Shown piece by piece: positions 12,251-23,825 of a stretch of DNA of 32,851 nt. The notes under the pieces were generated by a model. It was not told the origin of the DNA. It did no database searches and worked only from the letters and a program-made list of their open reading frames with translations. This stretch comes from Octopus bimaculoides (lineage: Eukaryota): assembly GCF_001194135.2 (NCBI RefSeq), contig NC_068988.1, positions 77,483,548 to 77,516,398 on the forward strand. Direction: 5' to 3'. Each line of letters opens with the position of its first letter. The stretch's first letter is position 1. Position numbers and translations under genes: made by a program.

Positions 12251-13779
12251 CTTCAATGTTTTGCTATTTCATGCATGTTGCATTCCTTGGCCGGTATGAA
12301 TCACTCTACATTACCAGTGTTTAGTGGTAATGTAAAAGTTTGGTTTGCACAAATGTAGGCACACTTCACTGCAAACAATATTAAATTGAAGCAGCAACAG
12401 CCACACATATTGTTGAGCACAATTCCTGCTTCCTTGGCTGCTCATTTGCATCCTATTTGTCCATAAAAAATGAAGTCCTCCATCGGATGTCTCTTTTTGA
12501 AAAGAAACACTTTTACACATTAGTTAATGAAGAACACTTGGGTGACCAGATGCTGACCCAACTCCTTTGCAGGATGCAAGAACTTACAGAGGAAGCATAT
12601 GTGGACAATGCAATGCTTAAACAGCTTTTCTTGTCCCATTTGCCATCAAGTGCATAGGCCATCTTGCCTCAACAATGGAGGTCAGTTCTGTGGACGGTTG
12701 ACTTCCTCAGCTGACAAGATATTAGATTACACTGGTGACAGTGTTGCTGACACACCTACCCAGTTTCCTGAGACTGTTTCTCCTTCATCTCCAGTAGCAT
12801 CTGTCTCATTGGATCCTGATTCAATGCAAGTGGTAACCCTACAGGCCATTCTCGAGTTGACTTGAGAGGTCAAACTTTTATGTGCTAAACAGAATTATTC
12901 TTCACGCCAAAAGTCATTCAGTCGTTCATCCTCTCCTAGATGACATTCTTTCTTCATCGACACACTGCTGGTATCATAGATGTTTTGGTGCTGCTGCTCA
13001 GAAATGTTCTCAACTGTGTGCTTATTCAAGTCAGGGAAACCCCACAGTGGGACACTGTGCACGACAGTTGCTCCCAGTTTGCACCCTCATAATCGTGCAT
13101 TTTTCCGTCAAAGACTTATTATCGCACAAACTTTTCCTTGTTGATTCTGGTGCTGCATGCAGTATTTGGCCATTTAAATTCATTAAAGACAAACCTCCTC
13201 TTTTTGCAATTACCCTGCAAACTGTGAACCACTTGCCCATACAGACATATGGTCAAATCTCTTTTTCATTGCATTTGGCCTTGCGAAGAGATTTCAAATG
13301 GATTTTCATAATTGCTGACCTGACTTATCCATTTCTTGGTGAGGATTTTCTCCACGGCTACTCTCTCATGGTTGATGTTTGTAAGCATTGGCTTTTGAAC
13401 AGCACTATGGACCTTTCTAGTTTTGGCCAAAAGTTGAGTACTTTATCGGTTAGCCCAGTATTCTTTATCACAGCATCTGGAAACCCATATCAATCAATTT
13501 TAGACTCTTTCCCAGAGCTCACCAACTTGAATTTCCAAGTGAGTAATTTTGTTCACTCTACGAAACATTTTATTTCTACAAATGGTGCTCCTGTCTTTTC
13601 GCGTCCTCATCGTCTGCCTCCGGAAAAGCTCAAAGCAACCAAAGCCGAATTTAATCATATACTGCAGCTACTAAATAAATTACAATATTTATTCTTAAAT
13701 TGCCCACATTTTACATTGCATCTTTACTCTTACATTGACTTTCAACCCCGTTTACCAATTGCTTTTGTAACACACTTAA
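11362..13779 (+). mobile_element. Ty3/Gypsy LTR retrotransposon (CsRn1-like), internally deleted
   Basis: Starts TGTAGGG. 5' LTR runs to about 12056, then a PBS-like TGGTAACC at 12061. Gag and protease remnants follow. 13668-13779 repeats the LTR end 11945-12056. Probable 4-bp TSD caag/cagg (1 mismatch). Confidence 0.85.
12450..13670 (+). pseudogene. Gypsy gag-protease-start of RT, with stops and frameshifts
   Basis: Gag EEHLGDQMLTQLLCRMQEL...LKQLFLSHLPS; knuckle CWYHRCFGAAAQKCSQLC; aspartic protease FLVDSGAACSI and IIADLTYPFLGEDFL; pre-RT HFISTNGAPVFSRPHRLPPEKLKATKAEFNHILQL. Confidence 0.9.
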
Positions 13780-14139
13780 CAGGTATGAAAAAGTGGATGC
13801 TGAAATGACGATGATGCTTCTTTTTCACATAGTAACGTGAGTCACTGATTAAGGTTTAGTTGTTATTTCTAGATGGTTGCATAATCATGCAGAAGCTCAG
13901 TCCTTGACTTGTCATAATAGTGTATTAGAAATAGTACCAGATCAACAATCTGAAGAATTCTCAGTCCTAACTTACATTCATTCTTCACACTATATTGTTA
14001 GCACAATGCCTGGTTTCTTCTATTCCTTTTTAACTTTGAGATGTAATTCTACAGCTGACAGTAACACTAGGAGATTTATCTTCCAGCTAATTCATAATTA
14101 TTAATAAAAGAGGGAAAAACATTTTGCTAAAGAATACAT

Positions 14140-14320
14140 ACATGCATACATACATGTGTGTGTGTGTAGATGTATATTTATTGTATATATACATAGATAT
14201 ATATATACATAAATATATACATAGATATATATATACATAAATATATACATATATGTATGTGTGTGTGTATGTGCACACACACACACACGCACACACACAC
14301 ACATTAAATGATGATGATGC
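14140..14320. repeat. (GT)/(TA)/(CA) compound microsatellite
   Basis: Directly visible. Confidence 0.95.
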
Positions 14321-15523
14321 ATACATTTATGTGTTTGTGAGTGTGTGTCTTTATGATAAGTAAAATGCCTGTTTTATTTTTTATTTCATCGACAGATATG
14401 AATAAACAGCTTTTTTTCCCCTGCTTATTCTTATTCAGAGATCTTCCTACTTTAAAAAGAAAACAATAAAATATATAAAAATTATTTCTAAATCATAAAT
14501 TATTCACTATATTTCCTAGGAGTCATAATGGCTGTATGGATAAGGTATTGTCTTCTGAGATGCAGAATTATTTATTTTTATCGATATTTTATCTCTCACT
14601 TCATGGCACCTTGGTTTAGTGTCTTCTATTGATAACTCTCATTTCACCTGGGCTATACTTCACTTTAACTTTTGCACAAAATTACCACGAGTATGGTGAC
14701 AAAGAAAAATACTTCATCCTCATAAAAACAACAAACACCTTAAATAAGATATGTAACCCATCAATTGACAGCCACACAGGTTTTTATCTTGCAGACAATA
14801 CTGGATGTGAAAAAAGGTTCTTGTATTGAGTGCTACAGTTCCTAAAGTATTTTGGTAGTTTAATGATGTGTGGTAGTTGTGTAGCATAATATGTTTAATA
14901 GTGTAAAGAGGCTGGGTTGTAAAAGCCAGATATTAAAAGCCAGATATTATTGTTCCTGCTACAACCGAGGTTATAGTGTTGAAGTGATTGCTGTATCAGT
15001 TGAGGTGGTGGTGGATATGTTGATAAGCAACTGATTTGATTAAGATATATTGATTACTGTTTTGAAACAAGTCAACTGTTTTAAAGCCAAATAACAAAAT
15101 CAGCCCAATTTGCTCTAGTTTCGGTTACTGAAATAATTTGTTAACTCTTATTAAAGGTAAAGAATTGGCAATGCGAGATACAAATGGAGAATATTGTGGG
15201 ACAAAAGCCTAAAGAATTAATATAAAGAATTTGTTCTTTTTGGCAAATTTACCACAAACAAATATTGGGTTTCTTTTAGGAAGTATAAGAAAGGAAAAAT
15301 AACAAATGGAAAATTTCACTTCTTGTTACAGCACAAGCACACACACACAAGGACACTCCCACACACATGCACATATGTAAGCTTATATATATGTATCAGG
15401 TACGTTCCATCAGTAATTACTTAGGGTAGGTAGTTTTTGACCTTTATGTAGTAAAACACACTAAAATAAGTGAAACACAGGTGTGTGACTGAGTTGAAGG
15501 CAGATTTACTTCTGCTTTTACAG

Positions 15524-15588
15524 CATGTGAAGAAAACGGTGTTGTAGGAATGTATGCAGCACGTGTACTACAGCAGTACTATGCTTAG
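15524..15588 (+). CDS. Candidate terminal coding exon of an unidentified host gene (xCEENGVVGMYAARVLQQYYA*)
   Basis: Acceptor tttacttctgcttttacag at 15505-15523. A phase-1 frame is open to TAG at 15586-15588, with retained CpGs and protein-like composition. ATTAAA lies about 100 nt downstream. No family recognised. Confidence 0.35.
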
Positions 15589-15784
15589 CTTAAATACTGA
15601 GATTGAAAATACTGAAATTGAAAATCTACAAAAAGACAAAATATTTTGCATTTTATGCATAGTAATCAGAGTAACCTTCATAATTTTGATTAAATTAGGT
15701 GCATATTTTGCCATAAAAGGAAAACGTTTCTATCGATCTATTTTATTCAAGGTAGGCAATACCTATCCAGACAACACATTCCTG

Positions 15785-15914
15785 GTATGTATGTATGTCA
15801 TTATTCAATTTTATTTCAAGATTTCTTCCCAATAGAGAAAAGGCTGGTTTCTAAGCCAGATCCAAGGCTCCTTCATTGGAATTTCAACATCAACAACAAG
15901 ATATTTTTGTTTGA

Positions 15915-15945
<31 letters not shown>

Positions 15946-16661
15946 CATGTATGTATATATGTATGCATGTATGTATATATGTTTGTATGTATGTCATTAT
16001 TCAGTTTATTTCAAGATTTTTTGCCAATAGAGAAAGAACCAGTTTCTAACCTAGATCCAAGGCTCCTTCATTGGAATTTCAACATCAGCAACAGAGTATT
16101 TTTATTTGTTTGGTTGTTTGTATGTATGCATCGATTGTAAGATATATTTTCATCCACCCCTAGATATCTGTAACATTCCTTGTCAGATACAGAGGAAACA
16201 GTAAAATCATTGATGAAGATGTTACTGGTCTGGTTTATAATTTTTCCCCCTTTCACTACCATATAACAGCATTTATCCTGACCAAACTCCAACCCTACAT
16301 CCTTTGAGTATGGTGTAACTAGGTCAAGGCTCTTTTTCATCTCGTGCATATTCTTTGCGTAAAGTTTTAAGTCATCCACAAAGAAACAATGCGTAATTTT
16401 GGTATTTCTGTTTCCTTGTGAACCACTGAGTTATCCTTCAGACTTAATTTAACATGAATGACAATGGGTTTACAAAAAGTATAAACAACATCACAGAGAG
16501 GCTGTCCCCTTGGAATATGCCTTTGCAATATTGTATTCTGTTGGTGATAATACAGTCACTCCTTGTGTTTAATTTCAAGATGGTGGCTCATGATGAAGTC
16601 AGGTCAGCTATGGCTTTGACTATTCTCTCTGGAACTTTAGCAAATTGTATGCATGTATGTA

Positions 16662-16708
<47 letters not shown>

Positions 16709-17192
16709 CTATGTATATATGTATGTTTGTCATTGTTCAGTTTTATTTCAAGATTTCCTGCCAATAGAGAAAGAGCCAGTTTCTAGCCTAGAATCATTGG
16801 AATTTCAACATGCATTGTTTGTTTGTATGCATGCATGCATGCATGCATGTATGTATGTATGTATGTATGTATGTATGTATGCATGTATGTATGTATGTAT
16901 GTATGTTTGTATGTATGTATGTATGTGTGTGTGTGTGTGTAAATGAGCAGATCTGTATGTTTTCCTTTATTTATGTATTCTCACGCATATAGTTGCATAT
17001 CTAGACATGCTCATATATATTTAAATGATAAACTTCTGGAAAGTTTTACATATTTTTACAGTTCCAGTGCTGGATTGGATCTGTAGTCTTCGAATTAGCT
17101 TTCTCCTTTCTGGTTTTGAGAAGCCTAATTTCTCAAGATTGTTATTTAGGCAGTATGTTACATATGTATGTATGCATGTATGTATGTATGTA

Positions 17193-17225
<33 letters not shown>

Positions 17226-17670
17226 ATGCATGCATGCATGTATGCATGCATGTATGTATGTATGTATGTATGTATGTATGTATGTATGTAGGTAGGTAGG
17301 TAGGTAGGTAGGTATACGTGCAGATTTCTATGATTTGTTTTATGCATGTCTTCTCATGCATATAGTTGCATATCTAGACATGCTCATATGTACTTAAATG
17401 ATAAACTTCTTGAAAGTTTTGCAGTTTTTTACAGTTCCCTCCTTTCTGATTTTGAGAAGCCTAATTTCTCAAGATTGGTATTTAGGCAGTGTGTTACATA
17501 TCCCAGTGCTCCAATAATTTCAGGTGTAAACCTGAACTTATAATCTGGATTGAATAACTGCAGATTTCTCAATAGTTCAGCATAGGTGTTCTCTTTTTCA
17601 CTGATCTTCAGCATTATGTTAACATCTGCTGGGCTACTGATTTCCACAACTGTACACAGTTTCACTTCTC
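15785..17670 (-). mobile_element. Stack of R4/Dong-type retrotransposon fragments separated by (ATAC)n arrays
   Basis: RT piece 16139-16645 (KGIFQGDSLSVMLF...ITHCFFVDDLKLYAKN...YRYLGVDE). Two RLE C-termini at 17395-17670 and 17021-17165 (VVEISSPADVNIMLKISEKENTYAEL...IIGALG; TGTVKICKTFQKF*). Three 3'-terminal modules at 15797-15908, 15993-16102 and 16729-16812. Confidence 0.9.
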
Positions 17671-17813
17671 TATCCCCTATCTATTGTGTTTACTTTTTAT
17701 TGAGGTCTTCACTGGGGCATTCCGCCAGTACTCCTTTTTAATTTGAGTGGCTATGGCTTCTACCATACTGTGGGTTCATATTTCTTTATCCTTGGGGTTA
17801 TCCTATGTGTGTA

Positions 17814-19040
17814 TTTGTTCATCCAATAAATAATGCGTTTTTTTAATACTTTTATTTTTTAAAATTAAAACAAACAAAGCCCTTTTTTAATCTTAACTAG
17901 ACTCTCCTTCATTTTCTACAATGCTCTTCCATCTATCTGGTAGACTTGCAAGACCTCTCTTCCAAAATTCACTTGTCCATGACGAAAAATACTCCTCCAG
18001 TAGTTTTCCGACCTTATCTACAGAATTCATATTCTTTCCATACAAATGGTTTTGAAGACTGCAGAATAAATAATAATCAGATGGGGCAATGTCTGGTGAA
18101 TATGGTGGGTGGAGCATCATTTCCCATTCAAACTGCTCAAGCCTTTGTAATGTCATCCTTGCTGTATGTGGCCAAGCATTATCCTGAGGGAAGAACACCT
18201 TTTGTCTTGAAACCAAAGATGGTCGTTTTTCTTCTAGTGCTGACTTAAGCCACTCAAGCTGCTCACAGTAGATCTCCTTTGTTATTGTTTGGTTTGGGTT
18301 TAAAAGTTCAAATTGGACTAAACCTTTCATATCCCACCAAACAGATAACAACACCTTAAGTGGGTGAAGACCTTTAGCCTGGGGTACTGGTGTTTCTTCT
18401 TTCTCTACCCACTGTCTTCGGCATTTGACATCTTTATAGAGAACCGATTTCACATCACCAGTCAACATTCGGTCTAATAAAGATCCATTTGTGTGATGTA
18501 ACAACAAAGAAGAGCACATATTCACTCTTTGTACGCGATTAGACTTGACAAGTTTCTGAGGAGCCCATTGACCAAATTTGCTGACATTTTCAATGGCATG
18601 CAGGTGTCAATGAATGGTTGAATGATGAAATCCAAGCTTCTCTGCTAGTTCCTTAACAATTACGATGAGATTTTGTTCCACCAGAGTTTGTGGGATGTCC
18701 TCGTCAAGCTCTACATATCCTCCAGGATGAAGCTCATCTTGTAGGCTGTAGTTTCCAGCTTGGAATTTCTGAAACCACTGTTGACATTGGCTTATGCTTA
18801 TTGTCCAGTCCTCATATATTGCATTTATATTCCTCACACTTACCATTGCATTGTTGCCTTTATTGAACTCATAAAGCAAAATATGCCTTATATGCTCCTT
18901 TGTCACTTCCATTATAGTTTTGGTAAAATAGCTGTTAAAATTGAACTGCACTCTTCAAAACTTGTACTAAGGATAAGTACAAGATGAAATGAAATTAGAA
19001 GAGGATTTAAACAAAATGAGAGTTATGTAGTAGAATTAAT
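17814..19040 (-). mobile_element. Mariner DNA transposon (D,D34D), transposase pseudogene, only one TIR recognisable
   Basis: MEVTKEHIRHILLYEF...; TGD, QDNAWPH and YSPDIAPSDYYLF with 34 residues between the last two D. TA at 17812-17813 followed by the TIR-like tttgttcatccaataaataatgcgtttt. No matching TIR seen near 19 kb. Confidence 0.92.
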
Positions 19041-19324
19041 ACATACAGAGAGAGAGAGCGAGTGTCAAAGACTATGGTAAATATAGACGGAGAGATAGTT
19101 TGATGGTGAGAGACAGAGTGTGAGAAGGTTATTGATCTAAAAGTTTAGTTATTTCTTGCAGAAAATTATTTTTTTCATTATTATTTATGAATGACGTTGT
19201 CTGTGGGCTGCAGAATTCAAAAATCAAATTTGTTTTTCTTGAGGATACATCATTTCAGAGCCTTTTGGGTGCTAAGCACGTATATTTAAATATTTAACCA
19301 CATACACTCACATTTATGTAGTAG

Positions 19325-19367
<43 letters not shown>

Positions 19368-19565
19368 NNNNNNNNNNNNNNNNNNNNNNNNNNNNNNNNN
19401 NNNNNNNNNNNNNNNNNNNNNNNNNNNNNNNNNNNNNNNNNNNNNNNNNNNNNNNNNNNNNNNNNNNNNNNNNNNNNNNNNNNNNNNNNNNNNNNNNNNN
19501 NNNNNNNNNNNNNNNNNNNNNNNNNNNNNNNNNNNNNNNNNNNNNNNNNNNNNNNNNNNNNNNNN

Positions 19566-21110
19566 CTTTTACGTGACATCGGCACAAAGGCCAGTCAGGC
19601 GGTACTGGCAACGGCCATGCTCCAAATGGTGTATTTTACGTGCCACCTGCACAGGAGCCAGTCCAGTGGCACTGACAACGACCTCCCTCAAATGTCTTTT
19701 CACGTGCCACCGGCACAAGTGCCAGGAAGGCGACGCTGGTAACGATCAAGGTCTCGGTCACAAGTCATTGCCTCGGTGAAGCCTAATGTTCGAAGGTCGT
19801 GTTTCACCACCTCATCCCAGGTCTTCCTGGGTCTACCTCTTCCACAGGTTCCCCTCAACCGCTAGGGTGTGGCACATTTTCTCACAGCTATCCTCATTCA
19901 TTCTCACCACATGACCATACCAGTGCAATCGTCTCTCTTACACACAACATCTGATGCTTCTTAGGTTCAATTTTTCTCTCAAGCTACTTACACTCTGTCA
20001 AGTATACACACTAACATTACACATCCATCGGAGGATACTGGCTTCATTCCTTGCGAGCTTACACATGTCCTCAGCAGTTACGGCCCATGTTTCACTGCCA
20101 TGTAGCATGGTTGTTCGTATACGTATGTCATACAGTCTACCTTTTACTATGAGTGAGNNNNNNNNNNGTATGTCATACAGTCTACCTTTTACTATGAGTG
20201 AGAGGTCCTTTGTCACCAGCAGAGGTAAGAGCTCTCTGAACTTTGCCCAGGCTATTCTTATTCTAGCAGCTACACTTTCAGCGCACCTTCCCCTACTTCT
20301 GACTTGGTCACCTAGATAGCGGAAGCTATCAACTACGTCTAGTTTTTCTCCCTGGAATGTGACAGAAGTTGTTTTCTGCACATTTTCAGTGTTTATTGCT
20401 CCTGAACATCTGCCACATACAAAAACTAACTTCCTAGTTAACCTGCCTTTGATATTGCTGCACTTCTTGTGCATCCATAGCTTGTACTGGGTACATCTTA
20501 TAGAGTTTCTACCTCCACTTTTTCTACAGATCGAGTAGGGTCATCTACCTGAAGGGGTTTGTGTTTTGTCTACTTTCCTACTTATTAGGACTTTGGCTTT
20601 AGCTAGGTTGACTCTAAAGCTCTTCGATTCTAGTCCTTACTTCCACACCTGAAACTTCTCTTCTAGTTCTGGTAGTGACTCAGTAATTAGCGCAAGGTCA
20701 TCAGCATAGAGGAGCTCCCAGGAGCATCCTGTCTTGAATTCCTGCGTTGTTGCCTGGAGGACTATGATAAATAGGAGGGGGCTGAGGACAGAACCTTGGT
20801 GGACCCCTACCTCTACACAGAATTCTTCACTGTACTTGTATCCCTAGTTTCCTCATTGACCACCAGATAAGGGATCGGGGACCCTGTCAAAGGCTTTCTC
20901 CATGTCAATGAAAGCCAGGTACAGAGGTTTATCTTTGGCTAGGTATTTCTCCTGCAGCTGTCTTACCAGAAATATAGCATCAGTTTTTGCCTGGAACAAA
21001 CCCAAACTGCATCTCATCTAAACCGACTCTCTCCCTAATTAGTTGGACTATGACCCTCTCCGTGACTTTCATTATCTGATCTAACAACTTGATATCTCTG
21101 TAATTATTTG
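19566..21110 (-). mobile_element. RTE LINE including RT core, relatively young copy
   Basis: GVHQGSVLSPLLFIIVLQ...ELLYADDLAL (about 20690-20810), AFIDMEKAFDRVP near 20900, ORF 19998-20474, and a CpG-retaining 3' UTR. Confidence 0.93.
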
Positions 21111-21149
21111 TATCTAAAGCATTACTGTATATTTGGTGTTAATTTGCTT

Positions 21150-21360
21150 CAGCTTTATATTACATTACATTACATTAATCCTATTTCGGCCAGAGTTCTT
21201 TCATCATACTTCTGTGACCTCATCAGTGGTCCTTTGCTTTCTTCTTTCTTATGTGTGTCTCACTTTGCTAACTATCAGCCATTTTGTATTTTGTATTCCT
21301 ATTGTATGTGTCTACGCATGCGTATCCCTCAATGTGTGTTTATGTTTTGTAAGTACATGT
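21150..21360 (-). mobile_element. Penelope-like terminal repeat fragment
   Basis: Carries a hammerhead-type motif in a pyrimidine-rich context typical of Penelope pseudo-LTRs. No coding remnant, boundaries uncertain. Confidence 0.5.
21188..21232 (-). ncRNA. Minimal type I hammerhead ribozyme-like motif, core complete
   Basis: Minus strand reads ggacca CTGATGA g gtca-cagaagta-tgat GAAA G aa CTC tggcc: stem II of 4 bp (one G-U), A15.1-U16.1 and G15.2-C16.2 pairs, CUC triplet, stem I cca/tgg. Confidence 0.55.
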
Positions 21361-22334
21361 GTGTGTATGGGGAGTGCCTGTATTATCTATATCCTCTGTT
21401 AATACATGTTCGTTTATTTTTGTTTTTATTTATTTATTTGTTCATGTGTTTATACCTACTTTTTTTGCATNNNNNNNNNNNNNNNNNNNNNNNNNNNNNN
21501 NNNNNNNNNNNNNNNNNNNNNNNNNNNNNNNNNNNNNNNNNNNNNNNNNNNNNNNNNNNNNNNNNNNNNNNNNNNNNNNNNNNNNNNNNNNNNNNNNNNN
21601 NNNNNNNNNNNNNNNNNNNNNNNNNNNNNNNNNNNNNNNNNNNNNNNNNNNNNNNNNNNNNNNNNNNNNNNNNNNNNNNNNNNNNNNNNNNNNNNNNNNN
21701 NNNNNNNNNNNNNNNNNNNNNNNNNNNNNNNNNNNNNNNNNNNNNNNNNNNNNNNNNNNNNNNNNNNNNNNNNNNNNNNNNNNNNNNNNNNNNNNNNNNN
21801 NNNNNNNNNNNNNNNNNNNNNNNNNNNNNNNNNNNNNNNNNNNNNNNNNNNNNNNNNNNNNNNNNNNNNNNNNNNNNNNNNNNNNNNNNNNNNNNNNNNN
21901 NNNNNNNNNNNNNNNNNNNNNNNNNNNNNNNNNNNNNNNNNNNNNNNNNNNNNNNNNNNNNNNNNNNNNNNNNNNNNNNNNNNNNNNNNNNNNNNNNNNN
22001 NNNNNNNNNNNNNNNNNNNNNNNNNNNNNNNNNNNNNNNNNNNNTATATATATATATATATATATATATATGAATTAGGTATATTTGTGGTCATAATTGA
22101 ATGTAAGGATTAAAGTCAAATAACCTGTGGAGGTTGATTGTGCAAATTTTAATAATAAAGGTAAAGGTGTATACAGTGATGGTGGTGTGCAACTGAATGG
22201 CATAGAAAATGAATTCTTAGGTTTTTGGAACTCATTTAAAATAAGTACACATATGTGTGATTGTGTGCAGGTATATGTATGCGTGCAATTATGTATGTTT
22301 GTATGAAATCATTTATATGTATATATTCATTGTA

Positions 22335-23825
22335 ACTTTAATAACTTTGATAGATTTCAACCAGGTTTCGACCCAGGCCATGTCTAACTTAATAGCACCA
22401 TCCAGTGAAGTCTTTTAGTCATATATGGAGTATCATGGCCCACTCTAGCAAAGAGTTATTATTGCTTCAGACATAACCGGGTGTAGGAGGTTGGTCTGGA
22501 ATTTTTTGAAGAATTTTGTCCTGTGAACCTTTGAATTTTATGAGGTTCATTTCTGTTTTAACATATTTGGGTATGGTATTAAAGAGAGCTTGACCAGTTG
22601 AGGTAAAGTAGTTGAGACGTAATGTTGTTATGTGTCCTGAGTTCAATTTTTGTAGTAGGTGCATAGCACAGAGGTGAAGACTTGGGTGGATTTTAAAATT
22701 GATGCCAACATCATCTGTGCAATATTGATAAAATATTTTCCACATCACACAAATGATATAGCACTCCCGGTGGCATTGGAGAGAGTAGAGATCAAGTATT
22801 TTTAGTCAACCCCAATAGTCATACCATGTTTGTCATACCATCTATCTTTCTTGTTATTGACCTCTAGAGTACTTCCACTTTCATAATGAGTTGCTTCGTA
22901 TGGGGAGACCACAGTGGACAACAGTATTCAAGGCAGGGTCGGGCAAAAGTAGAGTAAAGAAGGATGATGGTGTGGGAATCTCTAGACCGGAAAGTTCTCA
23001 GAATCCAAGAGCACATCTTGCGGGCCAAGTCAACCTTCCTGTTTATGTGGGGACTCCAGTTTAGATTGTTATCAACAATTACTCCAAGTTCTCTGGTGTT
23101 ATTGGATGACACAAGGGAGTCACCCAAAGAAAGAGCATATGGTAGTTTCAGGAGTGTCCTCTTTTCCAAAGTGGATCAAATTAGATTTATCTTCATTTAG
23201 AAGCTTATTGTTTTTTTCTACCCATTGGATGGAAACAGATCTGACTGAGGGCATGTTCAGTCTCCCATACCATTTATGACTTTCCGGAGCTTGGAATCAT
23301 CTGCAAAGATTTTCAATGTAGAATGTTTGATGATGTCTACTATGTCATTGATGTAGATAATGAAGTGGAGTGGGCCCAACACAGTACCTTGTGGGAGACC
23401 ACAACAGACTTTGGCTGAGCTGGATTGTATTCCCTCAAACACAACATGTTGGGATCTGTTCATCAGAAAACACTTTATTCACTGCAGCAGCTTTCCACGG
23501 ACTCCAATGTTGGACAGTTTCTTCAGCAGGATTTTGTGGTCTGCTCTGTCCAATGCCTCCCTAAAATCAAAGTATATGACGTCAGTGCTGGAGCCTTCTC
23601 CTAAAGCTTTTAAGACGTCATCAAAATGGTGTAAAAGCTGTGGCAGAGGGTCCCTGCCACCACAAGAACTATGCTGGTTGGGATTCAGCAGATTATTGTC
23701 TACAAGGAAGTGAGATATTTGTGATTTCACCACCCTCTCAAATATTTTAATGATATGAGTGGTGAGTGAAACTGGACAGTAGTTCACTGCAAGAGACTAT
23801 CCCTTTTTGAAGACTGGAACAACAG
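22335..23825 (-). mobile_element. CR1-type LINE, RT domain to 3' end, decayed
   Basis: NYCPVSLTTHIIKIFERVV, VIYFDFREALDRADH, GLPQGTVLGPLHFIIYIND, KIFADDSKL, RELGVIVDNNLNWSPHI, RPCLEYCCPLWSP, PDQPPTPGY. Confidence 0.92.

Larger units (their letters stand above)
11150..13816 (+). mobile_element. SINE/RTE-type tail split by the Gypsy element (pieces 11150-11361 and 13780-13816)
   Basis: ...gacaagaaggtcagccatccatagaaa...ccattcatgcaag resumes after the LTR element as (cagg)tatgaaaaagtggatgctgaaatgacgatgatg, matching the tail architecture at 2530-2650 and 25587-25735. Confidence 0.75.

Noticed and set aside
20123-20202. 35-bp direct repeat flanking a 10-N gap inside the RTE
   Set aside because: Typical unmerged contig overlap; an assembly artefact, not a duplication.
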